A stretch of 40,516 bases of DNA from Minisyncoccota bacterium (GTDB taxonomy: Bacteria; Patescibacteriota; Minisyncoccia; Phycocordibacterales; SBAW01): assembly GCA_035546615.1 (NCBI GenBank), contig DASZWM010000001.1, positions 1 to 40,516 of the forward strand, written 5' to 3'. The translations under genes were made by a program, and so were the position numbers. Positions 16,765 through 26,237 of this stretch are shown here, piece after piece (the stretch's first letter is position 1; each line of letters begins with the position of its first letter). The notes beneath the pieces were generated by a model, which saw only the letters and a program-made list of their open reading frames with translations, did not search any database and was not told the origin of the DNA.

Positions 16765-16830
16765 AGTAAATATAGTATACGCTCCAATAAGAATGCGCGA
16801 TTCATTAGCGGCGCAGTTGCGATGCGAAAT

Positions 16831-16904
16831 GCGGGATTAGTTTAGTGGTAAAACGACAGTTTTCCAAACTGTAGTTGGGAGTTCGATTCTCCCATCCCGC
16901 ACCA
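16831..16904 (+). tRNA. tRNA-Gly (anticodon TCC) with encoded CCA
   Basis: Acceptor GCGGGAT/ATCCCGC, anticodon arm ACAGT-TTTCCAA-ACTGT, T arm GGGAG-TTCGATT-CTCCC, 3' ACCA. Confidence 0.8.
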
Positions 16905-16925
16905 TAAGGAACGTAGTGACTATAT

Positions 16926-17088
16926 GGTGCGCGGATGAGCAACACGCTTGAGCGTGTTGCGGGGAGAATCGAACGCCGGAGCGATGTTTCGCGAGTACGC
17001 GAAACCGCGAGGCGGTGCCCAGACAAACCTTTTTGACGAAAAAGGTTTAGTCGCGGGCGATTCTCTTTGTACTGGTCCTGTAAGGACC
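16926..17088. other. Cluster of four perfect hairpins plus an inverted tRNA-3'-end-like fragment; candidate structured RNA or terminator array
   Basis: Hairpins at 16940-16959 (8-bp stem), 16986-17005 (8 bp), 17025-17048 (10 bp) and 17074-17088 (5 bp); minus strand of 16926-16973 reads TTCGATTCTCCC..[hairpin insert]..CATCCGCGCACCA, mirroring the tRNA-Gly(TCC) 3' end. Confidence 0.3.
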
Positions 17089-17174
17089 GATCTCCCATCC
17101 ATGTTTTAAGCCGTGACCGATTTTCCCATGACCAACTTCACCATCTTTTTCCTTCAATATGCTATAAAAGACCT

Positions 17175-17969
17175 ATGACCCTCAAACAAGGCATATACGC
17201 GTTCGGGCTGCTCGCGATACTCGCGGTTATTTTTGGCGTATGGGCTTCCTTCACGAAACCGCCGACCTTTAGTGCTCCCGAGTCGCATCCGCTCCCCGGC
17301 GAGGTGATAGGCGAAGGGCTCTATCAATACACCGAGGACAAGCCGTACTACCACATCGAAGTTCTGTACCCGCCCCACACGGCCCTCAAGGGCTCGGCGG
17401 ATGTTGCGGCGCGTGCGTACATGGAAGGGGAGCTGGCAAAGCAGGTCGCGAGCTTTAAGGAAGAGAACAACCTCGACGCGCTGACGCCTGAGGATGTCCA
17501 AATACAGGGTCTTGGCGGCGACCGGAAATACACGCTCGGAATCGACTACAAAGCATACGCCTGGAAAGACACGGTTTCCTTCGTCTATAGCGTCTATGTC
17601 GACACGCTCGGCGCCCATCCGAACGGCTTCTACCGCACGTTCGTATTCGATGCCGGCGGCAACAATCTTACTCTTGAGAACCTTTTCGTATCCGGAAGCC
17701 CCTATCTTAACCGCTTGTCGGCCGCGGCATATTCGCTCGTGCTTGCACAGCTCAAGGAAAAGGCCGGCGAGGTAACTCCGGATATGGAGGAGACGGTCCG
17801 CATGGGCACCGAGCCCACTCCTGAAGCGCTCCAGTTCTTTTATCTGCAGGACGGGGATCTCCACCTTCTCTTCCCGCCGTATCAGGTCGCCGCATATGCC
17901 GCAGGTTCGTTCGACGTTGCGATTCCGCTGTCTGATCTCGCGGATATACTCGACCCCCGGTTCAAATAG
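17175..17969 (+). CDS. Membrane-anchored DUF4163/DUF3298-like (RsiV-like) extracytoplasmic protein
   Basis: N-terminal TM helix; ...VYVDTLGAHPNGFYRTFVFD resembles the DUF3298 GAHG motif; start taken at MTLKQGIY. Confidence 0.55.
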   Translation: MTLKQGIYAFGLLAILAVIFGVWASFTKPPTFSAPESHPLPGEVIGEGLYQYTEDKPYYHIEVLYPPHTALKGSADVAARAYMEGELAKQVASFKEENNLDALTPEDVQIQGLGGDRKYTLGIDYKAYAWKDTVSFVYSVYVDTLGAHPNGFYRTFVFDAGGNNLTLENLFVSGSPYLNRLSAAAYSLVLAQLKEKAGEVTPDMEETVRMGTEPTPEALQFFYLQDGDLHLLFPPYQVAAYAAGSFDVAIPLSDLADILDPRFK

Positions 17970-17983
17970 AGTGCTATGCAAAG

Positions 17984-18012
17984 AAAAAACCCGCCGTAGG
18001 GCGGGTTTTTTC
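17984..18012. terminator. Bidirectional rho-independent terminator (AAAAAACCCGCC-GTAG-GGCGGGTTTTTT)
   Basis: Perfect GC stem flanked by A6 and T6, between convergent genes. Confidence 0.75.
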
Positions 18013-18042
18013 TTCTCGAGAGGATAAAAAGCCCAGCGCTTT

Positions 18043-18315
18043 TTATTTGACGGCGTCCTTAAGCGCCTTCGCTGCCTGGAACTTGGGCACACGCATGGAG
18101 GGCACGTGTACCGCCTCGCCGGTGCGAGGATTGCGGGCAGTGCGAGCCGCGCGCATCTTGGTCTTGAAGATGCCAAGGCCTGCGACGGAGACCTCCTCGT
18201 TCTTTTTGAGAGCTCCCACGATAGTCTCTATCATGGCCTCGACGGCGCGCTCCGCGTCCGCCTTAGTGCCTCCCAGAACGCTTTGCACCTTCTCTGCTAT
18301 ATCCTGCTTATTCAT
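18043..18315 (-). CDS. hup: HU-family DNA-binding protein (start at MNKQDIAEKV)
   Basis: ...GFGIFKT..RAARTARNPRTGE... HU/IHF beta-arm signature. Confidence 0.85.
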   Translation of the reverse strand: MNKQDIAEKVQSVLGGTKADAERAVEAMIETIVGALKKNEEVSVAGLGIFKTKMRAARTARNPRTGEAVHVPSMRVPKFQAAKALKDAVK

Positions 18316-18462
18316 GGGAATAACGGTTAGATGGCGAATAATCTGCTTTTGCCCTGTGCCCACAGTATAGACTTTCCAAAAAACGGCGCAATAGAGCCAC
18401 GCCGATAGAAAAGTTTGACAAAAATGCCAAAAATTCTCTAGTTTTTATGACTTTTCCCTATC

Positions 18463-20001
18463 TTAGCGGGCAAACTCGATGGAGCGGGTCTCGCGGATGA
18501 CCGTGATCTTGATCTCTCCCGGGTATTTGAGCTCGTTTTCTATGCGCAGGGCGATGTTGCGGGCCAGTTCGCGCGCCGCAAAGTCGGTCATTTCCTCGGG
18601 TTTTACGAATACGCGCACCTCGCGGCCTGCCGATATGGCATAGGACTTCTCGACGCCGGGGAAGGAGTTGGCGATGCCCTCGATGTCGGAGAGGCGCTTG
18701 AGGTAGTTCTCCACGCTGTCGCGGCGGGCGCCGGGGCGGCCTCCGGAAATGGCGTCGGCTACCTGCACGATGACCGATTCGGTCGTCTCGTACGGGTATT
18801 CCTCATGGTGGGCCTGCATCGCCTTGACCACCTCCTCGGATACGCCGAACTTCTGGAGGACGCGGCGGCCTATTTCCACGTGCGTACCCTGTACTTCGTG
18901 GTCCAAGGCCTTTCCGATGTCGTGCAGGAGCGCTCCGGCGCGCGCTATCTGCGGGTTGGCGCCCACTTCTTCGGCTATCATGCCGGCGATGTGCGCCATC
19001 TCGACCGAGTGCTGGAGCACCGACTGGCCGTATGACGTGCGGAAGTGGAGGCGGCCGAGTATCTGGATGAGGCGGGGATCGAGGTTGAGCACGCCGGCCT
19101 CGAATGCGGCCGCGTCGCCCTTCTCTTTGATTATCTTGTTGATGTCGCCCTTCGCTTTCTCGACTATTTCCTCGATCTTGGCCGGCTGGATGCGGCCGTC
19201 GATGATGAGGTTCTCAAGCGCCACGCGCGCGATGGCCCGGCGGATGGGGTCGTAGGAGGACATGACGATGGAGCCCGGGGTGTCGTCGATGATGACTTCA
19301 ACACCCGTGGCGCGCTCGAATGCCTTGATATTGCGTCCTTCCTTGCCGATTATTTTGCCTTTGATGTCGTCGTTCGGGATGGTTATGGCCGTTGCCATCG
19401 TGTCGCTTGCGACCGAGTTGCCGAGGCGGTGAATGGCGGTCGTCAGGATGTCCTTGGCCTTGCGGTCGAGCTTCTCCATGCCGTCGCGCTCGAGCTTCGC
19501 CGCGCGCATCATGAAATCCTCGTTGCTTTCGCGCTCAAGCTCCTGGTACAACTGTTCCTTCGCCTGGTCCTTCGTGAGGCCGGCTACCTTGGCCAGCTCG
19601 TTTGCGCGCTCCGCGACCATTGCTTCCGCCTTTTCTTTTATGGTCTTAACCTCCTCGATGCGGTTCTTTACCGTCTCAATCTCGCGGTCGAGCTCGGCGG
19701 ACTTCTTGTCGAGCGCTTCCTCGCGCTTGAATACGCGCTCTTCCTGGCGCGTCACTTTCTCTTCTTTTTCCTTGAGCGAGTTCTCGGCGGAGGCGAGGAG
19801 CTCCTTGGCCTGCTCCTCGGAGTCCGCGGTTATCCGCTTGGCCTCCTCGCGGGCGTCCAAGAGGAGCTGCTTGACCTCGACCTCGACGGAGTTCTTCTCT
19901 CCGCGGGCGACCGCCTGGCGGATCTTGTATCCGATCCCGCTGCCCAGGAGGATGCCGGCGCATCCGGCGCCGATGACTATTGCTAACGTGGTAAGCGACA
20001 T
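18463..20001 (-). CDS. rny: Ribonuclease Y
   Basis: N-terminal TM helix, coiled coil, KH domain (GKIIGKEGRNIK), HD domain (LLHDIGK). Confidence 0.9.
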   Translation of the reverse strand: MSLTTLAIVIGAGCAGILLGSGIGYKIRQAVARGEKNSVEVEVKQLLLDAREEAKRITADSEEQAKELLASAENSLKEKEEKVTRQEERVFKREEALDKKSAELDREIETVKNRIEEVKTIKEKAEAMVAERANELAKVAGLTKDQAKEQLYQELERESNEDFMMRAAKLERDGMEKLDRKAKDILTTAIHRLGNSVASDTMATAITIPNDDIKGKIIGKEGRNIKAFERATGVEVIIDDTPGSIVMSSYDPIRRAIARVALENLIIDGRIQPAKIEEIVEKAKGDINKIIKEKGDAAAFEAGVLNLDPRLIQILGRLHFRTSYGQSVLQHSVEMAHIAGMIAEEVGANPQIARAGALLHDIGKALDHEVQGTHVEIGRRVLQKFGVSEEVVKAMQAHHEEYPYETTESVIVQVADAISGGRPGARRDSVENYLKRLSDIEGIANSFPGVEKSYAISAGREVRVFVKPEEMTDFAARELARNIALRIENELKYPGEIKITVIRETRSIEFAR

Positions 20002-20253
20002 ATGCGATTTGGGTTCCCTGCAACCCTCTCGCCCACGTCACATGACGGCTGCTGTGATTAGCGCCCCGCTGAACCGTTCAGTGCTTTGCTCACAGTGGTA
20101 ATCATTGAGATAGGGTCGAAGAGAGGGAAGGGAACATGCTAAAAATTTGTATAAATTACGATTGAAGTTGAGAACACGAAAACAGAGTATGAACGCTTTA
20201 GACAATACCAAAATTCGCGTTTCCTGGCAACCGGGCCGCGGGAGGCCTAAAAG

Positions 20254-20868
20254 CTACTGTTTCTTGGCCTTATTGATGAAAATCTCATCCACAATGCCGT
20301 ATTTCTTGGCTTCGTCGGCCATCATGAAGTAGTCGCGGTCGACGTCTTTCTCTATCTTGTCGAGCGGCTGGCCGGTCGCCTTGGAAAGGATCTTGTTGAG
20401 GCGCTCCCGGGTGGCCACGATATGGCGGGCGGTTATCTCTATGTCCGTCGCCTGGCCCTGCGCTCCTCCCCACGGCTGGTGGATCATTACCTCGGCGTTA
20501 GGGAGCGCGAAGCGCTTGCCCTTCTGGCCTGCGGCCAGGATGACCGCCGCCGCGGATGCCGCCATGCCCACGCAGACGGTCGCTACGTCGGGCTTCACGA
20601 AATTCATGGTGTCCAATATTGCGAGGCCGGCTGTTACCGAGCCGCCGGGGGAGTTTATGTAGAGCTGTATGTCTTTCTTCGGGTCTTCGGATGCCAGGAA
20701 GAGGAGCTGGGCGATAACGAGGTTAGCGGTGTGGTCCTCGATGGGGCCCGAGAGGAAGATGATGCGCTCCTTGAGGAGGCGCGAGTAGATGTCGAAGGCG
20801 CGTTCGCCGAAGGGGGACTTCTCGATAACCATCGGCACCAGCTGGTCGTAGATATTCTTGTCTTGCAT
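20254..20868 (-). CDS. clpP: ATP-dependent Clp protease proteolytic subunit
   Basis: ...[19 protein letters not shown]...MIHQP... ClpP signature (Ser/His). Confidence 0.95.
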   Translation of the reverse strand: MQDKNIYDQLVPMVIEKSPFGERAFDIYSRLLKERIIFLSGPIEDHTANLVIAQLLFLASEDPKKDIQLYINSPGGSVTAGLAILDTMNFVKPDVATVCVGMAASAAAVILAAGQKGKRFALPNAEVMIHQPWGGAQGQATDIEITARHIVATRERLNKILSKATGQPLDKIEKDVDRDYFMMADEAKKYGIVDEIFINKAKKQ

Positions 20869-20958
20869 GCGCCAACTGTACTCCTTTTCACCGCTTGATT
20901 CAAGGTTTGCCTCGGATGATATACTTAAAATGTAGTTATTCTTTAATTGCGATCCTCT

Positions 20959-21354
20959 ATGAATATGGAAGCAGGTCCGTTCGATAAGTCCTCAGCCCAA
21001 GAGCACGCAAGCATGACGCAGGAAGCGATTAATCTTCTGCGCAAAAAAGTATCTGAAGCAGCGCATAAGGTCGCGTCTTTGGAGATAAGCGAGGACGACA
21101 TCGCTCTCGTTACGAAGGCCGTAGTTATCGGCGCGGAACGCTCGGGGAATCCGATCACTGAGGAAGAGTTGAACGCCTTCGGTCCGGAGCTTCAGACGGT
21201 TATTTTGGGCGGCCTTATCAGGCGGATTGAGGCGCGACCGAGCAATTCAAAATACGGCGTTATCGACGAACGAACGCTTGAGTATGTAGCCGGTGGCGAA
21301 TCTCCGGCGAAGGCAGGCGAAAAGGCCCGCGAGCAGCGAGGTATCGCTCAGTAA
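20959..21354 (+). CDS. Hypothetical protein, about 131 aa
   Basis: ORF with coding-like codon usage; no SD; no recognisable motif; inserted between clpP and tig. Confidence 0.35.
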   Translation: MNMEAGPFDKSSAQEHASMTQEAINLLRKKVSEAAHKVASLEISEDDIALVTKAVVIGAERSGNPITEEELNAFGPELQTVILGGLIRRIEARPSNSKYGVIDERTLEYVAGGESPAKAGEKAREQRGIAQ

Positions 21355-21362
21355 AACGTAAG

Positions 21363-21394
21363 CGCGGCCCGATTCCCAAAAGGAAACCGGGCCG
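21363..21394. terminator. Hairpin GCGGCCCG..(16-nt loop)..CGGGCCGC between convergent small ORFs
   Basis: 8-bp GC stem; weak U-tracts on both strands. Confidence 0.35.
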
Positions 21395-21399
21395 CGAGA

Positions 21400-21591
21400 T
21401 TATTGGAGCGTCTTGTGCGCTCTTGAGCGGAAAAATTGAACTGTCTCGTCAACTGTCCCCAGGATGGCAAGCTGCAAGCGCAGCGGCCGTGTCCTGATTT
21501 CAGCCAACGTGCTGTCATCCAAGTCGAGCCTGGCGACAAGCAGGTCGATTTCCCGCTGGAGTCCCTCCCCACGATGTTGCACGTGGTCCAT
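21400..21591 (-). CDS. Small hypothetical protein, 63 aa
   Basis: AGGGAG SD 8 nt upstream of the ATG; AT-rich promoter-like region upstream; predicted helical/coiled-coil composition. Confidence 0.4.
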   Translation of the reverse strand: MDHVQHRGEGLQREIDLLVARLDLDDSTLAEIRTRPLRLQLAILGTVDETVQFFRSRAHKTLQ

Positions 21592-21696
21592 AACAGGCTC
21601 CCTGTTTATTTTCTTTGTACTGCAGCCTCGTTATACATAATAGCGCATAAGACAATATTTGTCAATACTGCCTAAAAACTGTTTTGCAGTAATGCC

Positions 21697-22764
21697 TTAT
21701 TCGTGCGAATGGTCGTGCGGTGCCGCAATCACCGGAGCGGTGTCGCCTTCGAGTATGCGAAGGACCTGTTCGTTCTTGAGCACTGTCTCTATATGGATGC
21801 GAACGAGTTCGGGGTTGGCTTCGGGGAAGTGCTCGAACGCGTGCTTGATCTCGGCCTCAACAGCCTCTTTGTCCGCTTCGATATTCTCGACCTCTGCTAT
21901 CTTATTCAGCGTTAGCTGCAACTTGGCGCGCTTCTTTGCCTGGTCGCGGAACTCGTCGCGGATAGCGTCTTCGGTCTTATTAGAGTGCTTCAGGTAATCC
22001 TCGAACTTGAGCCCCATGCGGCCGATATCCTCGCGCATCTGGGCCAGGATCTTCTCAAGCTCGCTTTCCACGAATATGCGCGGCACTTCCACTTCGGTCT
22101 TAGCGAGCAGCGCGTCTATTATCTTGCCGCGGCGGGCGTCTTTCGCCGCACGCTCCTTCTCTTCGCCAATGCCTTTCTTGATCTGCGCTTTCAGCTCGTC
22201 TACGGTCTGGAACGCGCCGAGAGATTTTGCAAATTCGTCCGTAACCTCCGGAATTTCCTCGGTACCGTCTTCCTTTTTGGTCTTCCGGGCCTGGCGCAGC
22301 GATTCTATCGTCTTCTCTACGTCCTCGTCAGTCGCAAGCGCCGCCGGTTCGGCGGTTATTTTATCGCCGGTCTTCTTCCAATCCTTCGGAAGCGCGATCT
22401 CCGGGTATACCGCGGCGCGAATCTTGAGGCCGACCGGGTTTTCCGGGGCGAGTTTGGTGATAGCTATCTCAGGACGGCCGACGGCATCAACCTTCTGAGT
22501 CTCCAAAAGCACGGGGTAGAAGTCCTGCATGAACATTTCAACCGCCTCCTGCAGTACGCCGGCTTCTCCTACCTTTTTGAGGAGTATATCGGGCGGCACG
22601 TGTCCCGGACGGAAGCCGGGGAGCTCGGCATGTTCGGCCAGGTGCTTAAGCGCCCGCGCGCGATAGGGGACTATGGTATCAAACGGTATGTCGCCGCCGA
22701 GCTCCACCTCGGAGTCCGGAAGCTTTGTAACTGCAAATGACTTCGCTATTTCGTCCAAAGACAT
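21697..22764 (-). CDS. tig: Trigger factor (short form, about 355 aa; start at MSLDEIAK)
   Basis: N-terminal ribosome-binding region and PPIase-like middle region; adjacent to clpP as in the canonical tig-clpP arrangement. Confidence 0.8.
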   Translation of the reverse strand: MSLDEIAKSFAVTKLPDSEVELGGDIPFDTIVPYRARALKHLAEHAELPGFRPGHVPPDILLKKVGEAGVLQEAVEMFMQDFYPVLLETQKVDAVGRPEIAITKLAPENPVGLKIRAAVYPEIALPKDWKKTGDKITAEPAALATDEDVEKTIESLRQARKTKKEDGTEEIPEVTDEFAKSLGAFQTVDELKAQIKKGIGEEKERAAKDARRGKIIDALLAKTEVEVPRIFVESELEKILAQMREDIGRMGLKFEDYLKHSNKTEDAIRDEFRDQAKKRAKLQLTLNKIAEVENIEADKEAVEAEIKHAFEHFPEANPELVRIHIETVLKNEQVLRILEGDTAPVIAAPHDHSHE

Positions 22765-22782
22765 CGCGAGATAGTAGCACAA

Positions 22783-22956
22783 TTAATAGAGATTTGCCTG
22801 GTTTTCCGTAGGCGCCGCCCGACGCTCCAGTTCTTGCGTCACCAGGAAATAAATGCCTCCTGCAAGGAGCAGGCCGACGATAATAATTATCCCGACGAAC
22901 GGTCCGACACCCTCCTTCTCTTCTTTCTTTTCGTAATCAGCAGGAGGGATTTCCAT
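22783..22956 (-). CDS. Possible small membrane protein, 57 aa (MEIPPADYEKKEEKEGVGPFVGIIIIVGLLLAGGIYFLV...)
   Basis: Unlisted short ORF with one clear TM helix; no SD; weak evidence. Confidence 0.25.
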   Translation of the reverse strand: MEIPPADYEKKEEKEGVGPFVGIIIIVGLLLAGGIYFLVTQELERRAAPTENQANLY

Positions 22957-23019
22957 AGCATCAATATAGCATAATTGCAGTTGAAATTAGATGCGATGTC
23001 GCTATACTTACCTCCATCT

Positions 23020-23949
23020 ATGGCAAATATCGTAAAAGTCTTCGGACACAAGTCGCCCGACACCGACACCACCGGCTCGGCTATCGCCTGGGCATGGTAT
23101 CTAAACACGCACACGACAACGAAAGCGGAGCCCTTCGTGTTGGGGGAGCTCAATAAGGAGACAATGTTCATGCTCAACCGCTGGGGTGTGGCGCAGCCGG
23201 CACTTCTTGAGGGTGTTACTGCAGAAGATGACGTAGTCATCGTGGATACGAACAATCCTCAGGAGCTGTTCGACAACATAAACGATGCAAATATCCTCGC
23301 CATTATCGACCACCACAAGCTGGTCGGAGGCCTTTCAAGCAAGGTGCCGCCTACGGTTACCATGCGGCCGCTCGCCTCGACCGCGGCGCTGCTCTACGAC
23401 CTGATGGGAGACGCCGTACAAACCCTCCCGAACGACATAGCGGGAATCATTCTCTCCTGCATCCTGTCCGACACGTTGGAATTCCGTTCCCCCACGACGA
23501 CCCCGCACGACAAAGAGGTGGCTGAAACCCTCGCGCAGAAGCTTGGAGTGGAAATTCCCGCATACGCGGCTGAGATGTTTGCTGCGAAGTCGGATGTCTC
23601 GGACTATACCGACAAGGGCCTCATACATCTCGACAGCAAAAAGTTCGCGGTAGGGGACAAGAATATCCGCGTATCGGTCATGGAGACGACGACACCAGAT
23701 ATCGCGCTTGCGCGCAAGGACGGGCTTGTTGCGGCAATTCAGGAGGTTGTTGCGGAGGAAGCCGACGTCGATGACGTACTGTTCTTCATAGTAGACATCC
23801 TGAAGGAAGAGGCGACCGTGCTTACCTACAATGATCTCACCAAAAAGATAATCGAGGCATCGTTCGGTGTTTCGGTTTCCGGCGACACGGTCGTGCTGCC
23901 GGGCGTCGTATCCCGCAAAAAGCAGATCATCCCCGCACTGAAAATATAA
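23020..23949 (+). CDS. ppaC: Manganese-dependent inorganic pyrophosphatase (family II, DHH)
   Basis: MANIVKVFGHKSPDTDTTGSAIAWAWYL, DHH motif (IIDHHK), C-terminal GVVSRKKQIIPAL nearly identical to the Bacillus PpaC tail. Confidence 0.85.
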   Translation: MANIVKVFGHKSPDTDTTGSAIAWAWYLNTHTTTKAEPFVLGELNKETMFMLNRWGVAQPALLEGVTAEDDVVIVDTNNPQELFDNINDANILAIIDHHKLVGGLSSKVPPTVTMRPLASTAALLYDLMGDAVQTLPNDIAGIILSCILSDTLEFRSPTTTPHDKEVAETLAQKLGVEIPAYAAEMFAAKSDVSDYTDKGLIHLDSKKFAVGDKNIRVSVMETTTPDIALARKDGLVAAIQEVVAEEADVDDVLFFIVDILKEEATVLTYNDLTKKIIEASFGVSVSGDTVVLPGVVSRKKQIIPALKI

Positions 23950-23960
23950 TACTCAATACA

Positions 23961-23996
23961 AAAGCGGACGGTACTGAGTACCGTCCGCTTTTGTTC
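23961..23996. terminator. Bidirectional rho-independent terminator (GCGGACGGTAC-TGA-GTACCGTCCGC + TTTTGTTCTT)
   Basis: Perfect 11-bp stem flanked by A-tract and T-tract, between convergent ppaC and nusA. Confidence 0.75.
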
Positions 23997-24009
23997 TTCC
24001 TATTTTTTA

Positions 24010-25221
24010 TTATTCGGCCTTCGGAGCCTCTTCAACCGGCTTCTCCTCTTCTTTCAGTTCGCCGGTCTCGGTCGCTTCAGCTACCTTTGCTCCGCCCATA
24101 GACTGTATGTCTATCCTCCAGCCGGTAAGCTTTGCGGCAAGACGTACGTTCTGTCCGCCGCGGCCTATAGCGAGGCTCTGCTGGTCCTCGGCCACTTTTA
24201 TGGTCGCCTTGTGTTCAGTCTCGTCGAGCACCACTTCAAGCACGCGAGCGGGGGAGAGCGCTTCTTGGATGAATGCCTTGGTGTCCTCGTTCCATTCGAT
24301 GATGTCTATCTTTTCGCCGCCGAGCTCGGAGGTAACGGTTGAGACGCGCACCCCGCGCTGGCCGACAAGAGAGCCGACCGGGTCTACGTGCGCGTCGGTC
24401 GAAGCTACTGCCACCTTAGAGCGGCTGCCGGCCTCGCGCGCGACCGCCTTGAATATGACGGTGCCGTGCGCTGCCTCCGGCACTTCCATCTCGAAGAGCT
24501 TCTTGAGGAAATCAGGATGCGCGCGGGAAAGGCGCAGATAAATGCCGCGAGGAGATTCCTCTACCTGGTAGAGAAGCGCGCGGATGCGCTCGCCCTGGCG
24601 ATAGCGCTCGCCGGGAATCTGCTCCTCGTAGGGGAGGATGCCGGTCGCGCGGCCGAGGTCCACGTACAGATTGCCGCGCTCCATGCGCTGCACGGTGCCG
24701 GACACTATCTCGCCCTGGCGCTTGCCGAACTCGGCCACGACCGAGACCTTCTCCGCTTCGCGGATCTTCTGGATAATGACCTGCTTGGCGGTCTGGGCCG
24801 CGATGCGGCCGTAGTCTTCCTTGTTCTCAAGCGGGAAGACGAGCTCCTCGCCAACATGCGCGTCGCGCTTAATGAACTTGGCGTCCGCAAGCATGATGTG
24901 CTGCTCTTCGTTGAAATACGGAAGCTCGGGGATGGGGTTGCCTTCGGCGTCGAGCTTAGGCTCTGCGGGTGCCTCAGGCTCTTCGCCCTCTGTCGCGAAG
25001 CGGACGGTATTCTCGTCCACGACCTCCTTCACCTGCACGAACTGGGTCGTGCCGGCGTCCATATCTATGACCGCGCGGATTATCTGACCCTTCTTGGCGT
25101 ATTCCTTCTTATATGCGGTCGCGAGCGCGGCCTCGATGGCTTCGATGACCTTGGCGCGCGGTATGCCGCGTTCCTCCTCGAGCTCGCCCAGGACCGAATT
25201 CATTACTTTAAGATCGAACAT
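24010..25221 (-). CDS. nusA: Transcription termination/antitermination factor NusA
   Basis: N-terminal RNAP-binding domain, S1 domain, two KH domains (GxxGxxI motifs). Confidence 0.9.
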   Translation of the reverse strand: MFDLKVMNSVLGELEEERGIPRAKVIEAIEAALATAYKKEYAKKGQIIRAVIDMDAGTTQFVQVKEVVDENTVRFATEGEEPEAPAEPKLDAEGNPIPELPYFNEEQHIMLADAKFIKRDAHVGEELVFPLENKEDYGRIAAQTAKQVIIQKIREAEKVSVVAEFGKRQGEIVSGTVQRMERGNLYVDLGRATGILPYEEQIPGERYRQGERIRALLYQVEESPRGIYLRLSRAHPDFLKKLFEMEVPEAAHGTVIFKAVAREAGSRSKVAVASTDAHVDPVGSLVGQRGVRVSTVTSELGGEKIDIIEWNEDTKAFIQEALSPARVLEVVLDETEHKATIKVAEDQQSLAIGRGGQNVRLAAKLTGWRIDIQSMGGAKVAEATETGELKEEEKPVEEAPKAE

Positions 25222-25309
25222 ATTGAGTGATTTGATTTTTGGTAAAAAGAAAACCGACCTTATTCAGGACGGTTATCAGTCAATAAGAGTATATAGAAAA
25301 TAGGCAGGG

Positions 25310-25338
25310 TTGTCAAACGGCTTGAAAGTCATTAGTAT
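25310..25338 (+). promoter_or_regulatory. Sigma70-like promoter candidate (TTGTCA-N17-TAGTAT) for the EEP nuclease gene
   Basis: Seen directly; followed by GAAGGAG SD and ATG at 25371. Confidence 0.35.
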
Positions 25339-25370
25339 CCGAACCATAGAGGTCTTCAACATAGAAGGAG

Positions 25371-26180
25371 ATGCCCATGCGCATCGTATCGCTTAACTGC
25401 TGGGATGACCGCACGGGCACGGTAATACCGTACCTTACGGGGCTCGACGCGGATATCTATTGTCTGCAGGAAATCGCCTCATCGGAGACGCTGTCTGCCG
25501 ACAGGGGATCATTCCGTATCAATACCAGGCTCTTCGCGGAACTGCAGCGGGCCTTGCCGGGCCACACCGGTTATTTCTTTGCCGCGTCCCGCTGGTACTA
25601 CGAAAGCGAGTACATGAAGCCGGGCGACGATCTGCGGCTGGGGAACGCGGTGTTCGTGCGGAACATCTATCCGGTGTGCGACTTTGTTGCGCGATTCACC
25701 TACGGTTCGTTCCGGGATTTGCCATACGGCGAGAAGACATTCCCGAGCCGGGCCGAGGCGTTTCGCGTCGAATTGCCGTCGGGCAAAAGCCTTGTCGTTG
25801 CGAATATGCACGGGGTGTGGGACCCGACGGGCAAGGGCGACACAATGCCCCGGATAGGCCAGACAGCGGCCCTCCTTGGTCTGCTGAAGGGCGTACGGGA
25901 AGAGATCGCGCTGCCGACCGTAGTGTGCGGCGATTTCAACCTCCTTCCCGACAGCGTCTTCTTCAAGGAGTTCCGAACCCGCGGGTTCACGGATCTCGTC
26001 ACTGCAAACGGCCACACGAGTACACGCACCAGCCACTATACCGGCAATCCGGAGAAGAAAGGCAAGCCGCTGTTCGCGGACTACATGCTGGTGAGCGAGC
26101 AGGTCAAGGTGCTGAAGTTCGAAATCGTCCGCGAGCCGGAAGTGTCCGATCACTGCCCGCTCGTACTCGACATCGAATGA
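25371..26180 (+). CDS. Endonuclease/exonuclease/phosphatase (EEP) family protein
   Basis: N-terminal LNCW...CLQE and C-terminal SDHCPLVLDI EEP catalytic motifs. Confidence 0.75.
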   Translation: MPMRIVSLNCWDDRTGTVIPYLTGLDADIYCLQEIASSETLSADRGSFRINTRLFAELQRALPGHTGYFFAASRWYYESEYMKPGDDLRLGNAVFVRNIYPVCDFVARFTYGSFRDLPYGEKTFPSRAEAFRVELPSGKSLVVANMHGVWDPTGKGDTMPRIGQTAALLGLLKGVREEIALPTVVCGDFNLLPDSVFFKEFRTRGFTDLVTANGHTSTRTSHYTGNPEKKGKPLFADYMLVSEQVKVLKFEIVREPEVSDHCPLVLDIE

Positions 26181-26202
26181 TGTCATTCGCAGCAAAAGGC
26201 CG

Positions 26203-26230
26203 CCCACGGGCGGCCTTTTCTCTTACATAT
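26203..26230 (+). terminator. Rho-independent terminator (AAAAGGCCGCCC-ACG-GGCGGCCTTTTCTC)
   Basis: GC stem followed by a U-tract right after the EEP gene stop. Confidence 0.7.
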
Positions 26231-26237
26231 CATCGAT

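Noticed and set aside
16925-17030. A complete minus-strand tRNA gene next to tRNA-Gly(TCC)
   Set aside because: A T-loop plus CCA-like 3' end is present, but no complementary T-stem, anticodon arm or acceptor 5' strand could be found; kept only as a fragment-and-hairpin observation
17154-18176. 340-aa minus-strand ORF
   Set aside because: Antisense to the well-supported DUF3298-like gene and to hup; Arg-rich composition typical of a high-GC antisense frame
18364-18462. Confident promoter call for hup in the hup/rny spacer (TTGACA-N18-TAGTTT)
   Set aside because: The best hexamer pair is oriented on the plus strand where no gene follows; minus-strand candidates (TTGCGC..TATACT) are weak, so no feature was reported
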